NCBI GenBank assembly: GCA_011048995.1 | Contig: DSCS01000057.1 | Span: forward strand, 2,541-66,540 | Origin: Bacillota bacterium | GTDB taxonomy: Bacteria; Macinerneyibacteriota; Macinerneyibacteria; Macinerneyibacteriales; DSCS01 | Length of the DNA stretch: 64,000 nucleotides | Direction of reading: 5' to 3' | Shown: piece by piece, positions 58,976 through 64,000 of the stretch | Numbering within the stretch: position 1 is the first letter of the stretch | Layout: every line of letters starts with the position of its first letter | The notes under the pieces: model-generated | Database searches by the model: none | What the model saw: only the letters and a program-made list of their open reading frames with translations | What the model was told of the DNA's origin: nothing | Position numbers and translations under genes: made by a program

Positions 58976-60190
58976 TCAAAAGATATCTTTCTCGTTGCCC
59001 TCCCTATGTTCTGAAGGGGTAAGAAGCCGATGGGCGGATGCCCTTATCAAAAAGGAGCCCAAAGGGGCTGTTATAACAATAGAAAGAACAGAAAGGGCGA
59101 GAATAACTTCACCCGAAGGCAATCCCAGTGCCAAGGGGACAGCTCCCACAGCCGCTTGTACAGTCGCTTTGGGAATAAAAGCAAACACACAAAAGAGTTT
59201 CTCTTTCTTGTTAAAAGCCGTTTCAGCCGTCGATAAAAGAACACCTGCAGAGCGAGCCAGAAGACCTGCGCCGATGAGCATCATTCCCTTTAATCCTGTC
59301 TGAAAAGCGACTGAAATATCGACTTGAGCGCCAACCAGGACAAAGAGCAAGACCTCAGCAAATATCCATATCTTATCAAGCTTACGAGCCATCCTTTTGG
59401 CGATATCCGGTTTCTTCTCCAATATCAGAAACCCTATCGTCATCACCCCCAATAATCCGGCAATCTGAATAGTGTTCTCTAAAGCACGCTCCAAAGTCGT
59501 TAAAAACATCGCTACCCCGAGAATGATCAAAACCTTTTTCGTGTCCCTGATATTATGTTTATTAAACATTTTGATCATCAGATTCCCCAAAATAGCACCA
59601 CAAATGATTCCCAGGATAATGGAAAGCGGAATACTCATGATCTGAACTCCGATATTCATATGACGCCCGCTATATAAACCTAAAAATGTACTGAACATTG
59701 TAACAGCAAACACATCGTCAATAGAGGCCCCGGCCAAAATGAGAGTCGGAATATCTTTATCTGTTCCGATTCCTTTCTCCAAATAGGAGAGCATCTTCGG
59801 AACAACCACCGCCGGGGATACAGCAGCAATAATAAAACCTAAAACCCCTCCCTCAATAAAAGAAAAGCCTAAAAGAAAGCGAGCGGCCACAGCAATACAA
59901 AAACCCTCCAACAGCCCGGGAAGAAAGCTTATCTTGAGAACTATCCTACCGACTCTGTTTAAAGACCGTTTGCTTATCCCCAAACCGGCCCGCAGGAGTA
60001 TAATAATAAGAGCGATCGTCCGTAAGTCCGATGAAACGCGCATAATATTCTCATCTATAACGTTTAAAATATTCGGGCCCATGAGAATACCCAAAAGAAG
60101 CATTCCCAACAATCCGGGTAATTTCATTCTTTTAAATAAAAAATCAAAGAAAAGCCCCAGAAGAGTAATCGCAGACAAAGCCGCTACCAC
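58976..60190 (-). CDS. Cation:proton antiporter (NHA/CPA family), fluoride-riboswitch associated
   Basis: LPGLLGML, ILLRAGL, AVSPAVVVP, ASIDD, PKATVQAA. Probable GTG start 60190, 7 nt after GGAGG; the track start is 60211. Confidence 0.88.
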   Translation of the reverse strand: MVAALSAITLLGLFFDFLFKRMKLPGLLGMLLLGILMGPNILNVIDENIMRVSSDLRTIALIIILLRAGLGISKRSLNRVGRIVLKISFLPGLLEGFCIAVAARFLLGFSFIEGGVLGFIIAAVSPAVVVPKMLSYLEKGIGTDKDIPTLILAGASIDDVFAVTMFSTFLGLYSGRHMNIGVQIMSIPLSIILGIICGAILGNLMIKMFNKHNIRDTKKVLIILGVAMFLTTLERALENTIQIAGLLGVMTIGFLILEKKPDIAKRMARKLDKIWIFAEVLLFVLVGAQVDISVAFQTGLKGMMLIGAGLLARSAGVLLSTAETAFNKKEKLFCVFAFIPKATVQAAVGAVPLALGLPSGEVILALSVLSIVITAPLGSFLIRASAHRLLTPSEHREGNEKDIF

Positions 60191-60249
60191 GAGAAGACCT
60201 CCGGAATGCATCTGAAGAAAAGAGAAAAGAGAAACACTGTCGAAGCCAT
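60184..60249 (-). CDS. Candidate 21-aa leader peptide between riboswitch and antiporter
   Basis: GGAGG-TAGCC-ATG gives MASTVFLFSLFFRCIPEVFSW*, and the stop overlaps the antiporter start (GTGGTAG). Confidence 0.45.
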   Translation of the reverse strand: MASTVFLFSLFFRCIPEVFSW

Positions 60250-60270
60250 GGCTACCTCCGCAAATCTATT

Positions 60271-60320
60271 GCAGGAGTCATCAGCTTTTCAAGCGGTTAC
60301 ATGGTGAACTCCATCACCGA
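60271..60320 (-). ncRNA. Fluoride riboswitch (crcB motif)
   Basis: GGTGATGGAGTTCACC...AACCGC...GCTGATGACTCCTG fits the GGYGAUGGNGUUCRCC...GCURAUGACUCCU pattern, with P1 GGTGA/TCACC and pseudoknot GGAGT/ACTCC. Confidence 0.9.
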
Positions 60321-60406
60321 ATGTCAAAGGGGAAAATGAGGTGGAACAGCGTCCCCGGTGACAAACCTAAATTACAAAACGATCTATTTTTTGCTATGCA
60401 ACAAAA

Positions 60407-60592
60407 TCAGATTTTTTTAACATTAACAGCGCAGGGGCCCTTGCGGCCTTCCCCTACTTCGAACTCGACAGTGTCGCCCTCATCAATGAAGCCGCTCACG
60501 TCGTTTTTATGGACGAACAGGTCATTTCCGTCCTCTTTTTGAATGAAACCAAAGCCTTTAGTCGCGTTGAACCATTTAACAGTACCTTTCAT
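60407..60592 (-). CDS. Cold-shock protein
   Basis: GTVKWFN..KGFGFI (RNP1), DLFVH (RNP2), GP.AVNV. Confidence 0.93.
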   Translation of the reverse strand: MKGTVKWFNATKGFGFIQKEDGNDLFVHKNDVSGFIDEGDTVEFEVGEGRKGPCAVNVKKI

Positions 60593-60774
60593 GTAGTAAC
60601 CTTTCACAACCGGACTCGTATATTACGCCGGTCTTTTTATTGAGAACACCGTTCCACTCGCTAACAATACACCCTTTTCTGTCATTGTCAAGGATATTTG
60701 TATTTTATTAGCATAAAATTTAAATCGGCCGGGGCCGCAAAAATAAGCGAAGGATCAACAAGGGAGTCAAATAA

Positions 60775-61077
60775 TCAGGAAAGGATATCGATCTGAGCGA
60801 TATAGTCAGCCTTAATGATCTTTTCCTTTCCTTTTGAATCTTTGAGAAGAATCCAGTTCTCGTCAGTTTGCTCCACAGTACTTTTCTGCACCCCTTGCGA
60901 TGAATCAATGCAACGTATTTTGACCCTCTTTCCCAAAAGGTTTTGAATCATTTTCATGTCAAGAGCCCACCCTTTCATTTTCATCTTATTTAAAATATAC
61001 AAAAGCCTCATATGCGCTCATCTTTTCTGAATAGCAATAATCAAGGCGACAAATGCTCCAATAATACCGGGATTCAT
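60775..61077 (-). pseudogene. Small TM-anchored protein gene with a single in-frame TGA (C-terminal Sm-like beta domain)
   Basis: MNPGIIGAFVALIIAIQKR-TGA(61018-61020)-AHMRLLYILNK...LLGKRVKI...DENWILL...IAQIDILS; consensus promoter and AAGGAAG upstream. Confidence 0.6.
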
Positions 61078-61102
61078 ATTCTTCCTTTATATCTTGCCTT
61101 CT

Positions 61103-61130
61103 ATTATAACGTTATTGTATTTTATGTCAA
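61103..61130 (-). promoter_or_regulatory. Consensus sigma70 promoter
   Basis: TTGACA-16 bp-TATAAT. Confidence 0.7.
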
Positions 61131-61147
61131 GGAATCATGGCACTTTT

Positions 61148-62455
61148 TTAATCATAAATCGAATAGAGTAAAAGCCCTTTATATTCTTCAGAGTCCTCTT
61201 CAACCCCACCGAACAGGAAAAGTTCATCGGCATCCGGTATGAGCAGCTGCAGGGTAAAGATGTCGTCCGGGCCGCGGTTTAAATGAAACTGTTTCTCTCC
61301 TGCCACAAGAAGAGCTTTTTCAAAGCCGGGCAATTGAAACTTAAAATCAAACATCTCCCCCTTGCTCAAAGGGTTCAGAGAAGAGAGGATGCGTCCCCCT
61401 TTTTGAATAAAATCAGCATAGACAAGGGGATAAACATAAAAAACACCCTCCGGAGCAAACACCGCGATTTCCCCGATGAGTTCCAGCGGCCTGTCATCGG
61501 GGCTGTCTGATGCAAAAAACAAAAGCGTATAGTCCCCGGCCTGCGGGAACAGGAATGAGAGCCGAAGGGTCTTTCCGCTTTTATCCGCCCAGATATGCCG
61601 CTCCGAAAGACGTTTTTCTCCGATGCGGATCTGCGCGAAAAGGCGCAGCTCTTTTGCGGGAAAAAAATCCACAGCAAAAGGATGGGGGAGATTCTCTCCC
61701 TGACTCATCCCTTCCAGGGCCGATGAAGAAAAAAAAGAAAAATAGGGCCCGATGAGTAAGGGCTGTTTAAAAAACTCAGCCTTTGTCAAAGGGATTGAAA
61801 GCAGCTGCCAACGGGGATTATCCGGAAAATGAGTAAAGATAAGCTCTTCAGGAGGTTTGAAAAGAAAAGTCGTGGCATAGCGCGACTGATAACTGTCACC
61901 TGTTAAAAAGCCGGCATCCCAGGTGGTGTCAACAAAATACCATTCCCCTCCGACTTTGACAGCATTCCATGCATGGGAAAGGGTTGTTTGAGACTTTTTC
62001 TGAAGCGGAAGTCGTACTTCTCCACGGATAATCTCGCATTCGAATCCGGCGGCCCGGGCCAGTGCCCTGAACAACCGGGCATATCCCTCACAAACTCCTT
62101 TTTTATTCTTTAGGACCGCATCGATTTCCTGTGAAGGAATCCCCCCGGAAGAAAGAGCTTGTGTATCATAGGATATATTCAAAACGACCCAGTCATGTAG
62201 AATCTTTATCTGCAAAAATTCATCTTCAACCTCTCCGATAACAAGACGAGACCATTCTCCTAAAGGATCCTCCTGCCCGTCCCCTCTCAAGTCTAATGAA
62301 GGGGCTGCAGCGCGGACAGCAGCGGGATGAGGGCGTTCCCTTTCTTTTTCAGGGATAAACCCGTCCTGAGCACGGCTAAGGCCTTTTTCTAAGAGTAAAA
62401 AGAAAAAAACAAAAAAAATGATTGCCCTGAAAAAAAACCGCCTCACACTCCCCAT
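61148..62455 (-). CDS. Secreted transglutaminase-like protein (Cyk3/KY type)
   Basis: Cys-His-Asp triad in GVCEGYA, HAWNAV, VDTTWD; THFP...WQLL. Start uncertain (62446-62479). Confidence 0.82.
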   Translation of the reverse strand: MGSVRRFFFRAIIFFVFFFLLLEKGLSRAQDGFIPEKERERPHPAAVRAAAPSLDLRGDGQEDPLGEWSRLVIGEVEDEFLQIKILHDWVVLNISYDTQALSSGGIPSQEIDAVLKNKKGVCEGYARLFRALARAAGFECEIIRGEVRLPLQKKSQTTLSHAWNAVKVGGEWYFVDTTWDAGFLTGDSYQSRYATTFLFKPPEELIFTHFPDNPRWQLLSIPLTKAEFFKQPLLIGPYFSFFSSSALEGMSQGENLPHPFAVDFFPAKELRLFAQIRIGEKRLSERHIWADKSGKTLRLSFLFPQAGDYTLLFFASDSPDDRPLELIGEIAVFAPEGVFYVYPLVYADFIQKGGRILSSLNPLSKGEMFDFKFQLPGFEKALLVAGEKQFHLNRGPDDIFTLQLLIPDADELFLFGGVEEDSEEYKGLLLYSIYD

Positions 62456-62459
62456 CCTT

Positions 62460-62663
62460 TTATTGATAAGAATACTCAATCACGGAAAAATTCCCTGAAA
62501 GAAGTGTAATCTCAAAATAAGAGTCCATTTCCAGGCTTTTCCATGAATCCCATGAAAAGGGGCAAGCCACTGTCGCGCCTGTAAAAGAGACATCGCTGTC
62601 CTTTCCGCATCCGGGCAAAACTAACAGAAAAGCGATAATGGCGTAAACACCTTTTTTTCGCAT
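62460..62663 (-). CDS. Small putative lipoprotein, possibly truncated
   Basis: AAGGGGG RBS; MRKKGVYAIIAFLLVLPGC lipobox-like signal; 67 aa. Confidence 0.55.
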   Translation of the reverse strand: MRKKGVYAIIAFLLVLPGCGKDSDVSFTGATVACPFSWDSWKSLEMDSYFEITLLSGNFSVIEYSYQ

Positions 62664-62740
62664 ATTACCCCCCTTCCTTTATTGCATCCCAGGATTTCTG
62701 TGATCAAAGAATAATCGTTGAATGACAGTGATCAATGGGC

Positions 62741-63619
62741 TCAATAGATCCTTTCTCTCAAAACCCCTGAAGAAGTATAGGAGTCAATAACCGGGGGAAC
62801 CTGAAGAAGGGGGTTCTCATAAAGAGAGTAGATCTCCTCTTTTTCCTCCATAACAGCTTTTGCCGCTTTGTCCAAAAGGGCATAATCCGAAGGGCTCATC
62901 TCCGGCTCTGATTGAGATGAAAGACCCCATCCATCCCAGGGAAGAAGCTCCATTTTGTTCAATGCGGCAAGATCCCTCAGGAGATTCCCCCGTATAAACC
63001 ACAACCCCCGCATATCAAATATCCCAAAATCCATGGGATCTGCCTTTCCGCTGCGGCAAAGATGCCAGGCTTCTGCAGCATTTATAAATTTCCCCGAGGG
63101 GATATCAAGAGGATTGAAAGAGAGAGCAAGTCTCTCTTTCATCAGATCATCGATCTGAGGATCCGCCATGACCCAACGCTCTTTGGCATCATCCCAGTAC
63201 TCCACAACCCAGTGATCTTCAAATTTTCCCGGGAGAAAATACGTCCCGAATCCGCATCGCGCCACAGCAGCGATGCCCTGATGCCGTAAAAGAGAGACAA
63301 GCATCACGCTGAAGTCCCGGCAATTTCCGAAAAATCTTTTTTTCAACGGGCGTTTCTCCGTTAAGGGCCGGTTGTCCAGATTATGAATGATCTCCAAAAT
63401 TTTTTCAACGAACCGTACCTGTACATGCTCTTTTTGCTTTGTATCAGGACGGACTCCGTAGCGCTCTGCCCAATGTATATGAAGAAATAAACCCTGGATC
63501 AGGGAGATAAGATCGGGACAACTCTCCGGGAGTCCGGAAAAAAGCGCTGCATTATTTCCCGGATCCGTGATAACACCATGCGTCGAATAGAATTTCAAAA
63601 TATCACGCATGCTCTTCAT
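62741..63619 (-). CDS. Transglutaminase-like domain protein (cytoplasmic)
   Basis: GNCRDF, ARCGF, DHWVVEYW, ADPQ, NKMELLPWD. Confidence 0.85.
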   Translation of the reverse strand: MKSMRDILKFYSTHGVITDPGNNAALFSGLPESCPDLISLIQGLFLHIHWAERYGVRPDTKQKEHVQVRFVEKILEIIHNLDNRPLTEKRPLKKRFFGNCRDFSVMLVSLLRHQGIAAVARCGFGTYFLPGKFEDHWVVEYWDDAKERWVMADPQIDDLMKERLALSFNPLDIPSGKFINAAEAWHLCRSGKADPMDFGIFDMRGLWFIRGNLLRDLAALNKMELLPWDGWGLSSQSEPEMSPSDYALLDKAAKAVMEEKEEIYSLYENPLLQVPPVIDSYTSSGVLRERIY

Positions 63620-64000
63620 CCCTCCTCCTTTCCTTTACAGTAACGCACAGTGCTTTCAAAAAGCTGAACGGTGTGACAACAACTCTCTGCTTCCCTTTGG
63701 CGACGTATTTCGACCAGATTCAAAACGTCATATCCGGTCTTTTTTAAAAATTGAAGCATAGCAGTGTTGTCCGGATGAACCCAAAAGTAAACCGTCTCCT
63801 GGCCATAATTATCCGCCAGAGCTTCCCCGATGACAAGAAACTGCCGCCCTACCCCTTGTCTTCGATACTCAGGCCGCACGTAAAGCTGCTCGACCCAAAC
63901 TGTATTGTCATGAATCTTAAATACGGCATATCCGGCCAACTCATCCTCTTCAGCTACATATAGTGTAAAAGGGCTGCGATTGAAGTAATCAAGTTCCTGC
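63616..64000 (-). CDS. GNAT N-acetyltransferase (5' end outside window)
   Basis: LYVRPEYRRQGVG, VHPDN..MLQFL..GY. The frame stays open from 63939 to the window edge (QELDYFNRSPFTLYVAEEDELAGY). Confidence 0.85.
   Translation of the reverse strand, partial: QELDYFNRSPFTLYVAEEDELAGYAVFKIHDNTVWVEQLYVRPEYRRQGVGRQFLVIGEALADNYGQETVYFWVHPDNTAMLQFLKKTGYDVLNLVEIRRQREAESCCHTVQLFESTVRYCKGKEEG

Noticed and set aside
1..64000. CRISPR arrays, tRNA/rRNA genes, IS elements, prophage, or an alternative genetic code
   Set aside because: I saw no spaced repeats, structural RNA genes, transposases or integrases by eye. RF2 is intact and many conserved genes end at TGA or TAG at the expected length.

Overview
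Gene-dense chromosomal window of a probably diderm bacterium, with about 60 CDS and near-consensus sigma70 promoters. I saw no rRNA, tRNA, CRISPR array, transposase or phage genes. The left third holds two long minus-strand operons. The first (14006 to <1) runs TPR, prfB (no programmed frameshift), mntP, beta-propeller, tsaE, tsaB, rimI, two hypotheticals, AmmeMemoRadiSam A, a full-length but catalytically eroded ValRS paralogue, a GAF-PP2C/RsbW/STAS partner-switching module, acyl-CoA ligase and mfd. The second (25989 to 14885) runs glucosylglycerate phosphorylase, folP, a missed 47-aa CxxC protein, a 4Fe-4S membrane protein, a giant TPR protein, SNF2 and AmmeMemoRadiSam B. The rest includes zur-znuACB with an operator, an HD-GYP/site-2 protease/SLT operon, a PiT phosphate locus, glutaminase, photolyase, nitroreductases, a hybrid kinase, MscS, CDF, a fluoride-riboswitch-controlled antiporter, csp and two transglutaminase-like genes. 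The best candidate for an undescribed system is the pseudo-ValRS overlapping a partner-switching signalling module. Other items absent from the ORF track are a fluoride riboswitch acting through a 21-aa leader ORF, 5'-3' pairing around the csp ORF, an internally deleted Ca/Na antiporter relic, a gene with one in-frame TGA, and candidate leaderless genes. All family calls come from motif recognition by eye, with no database searches.
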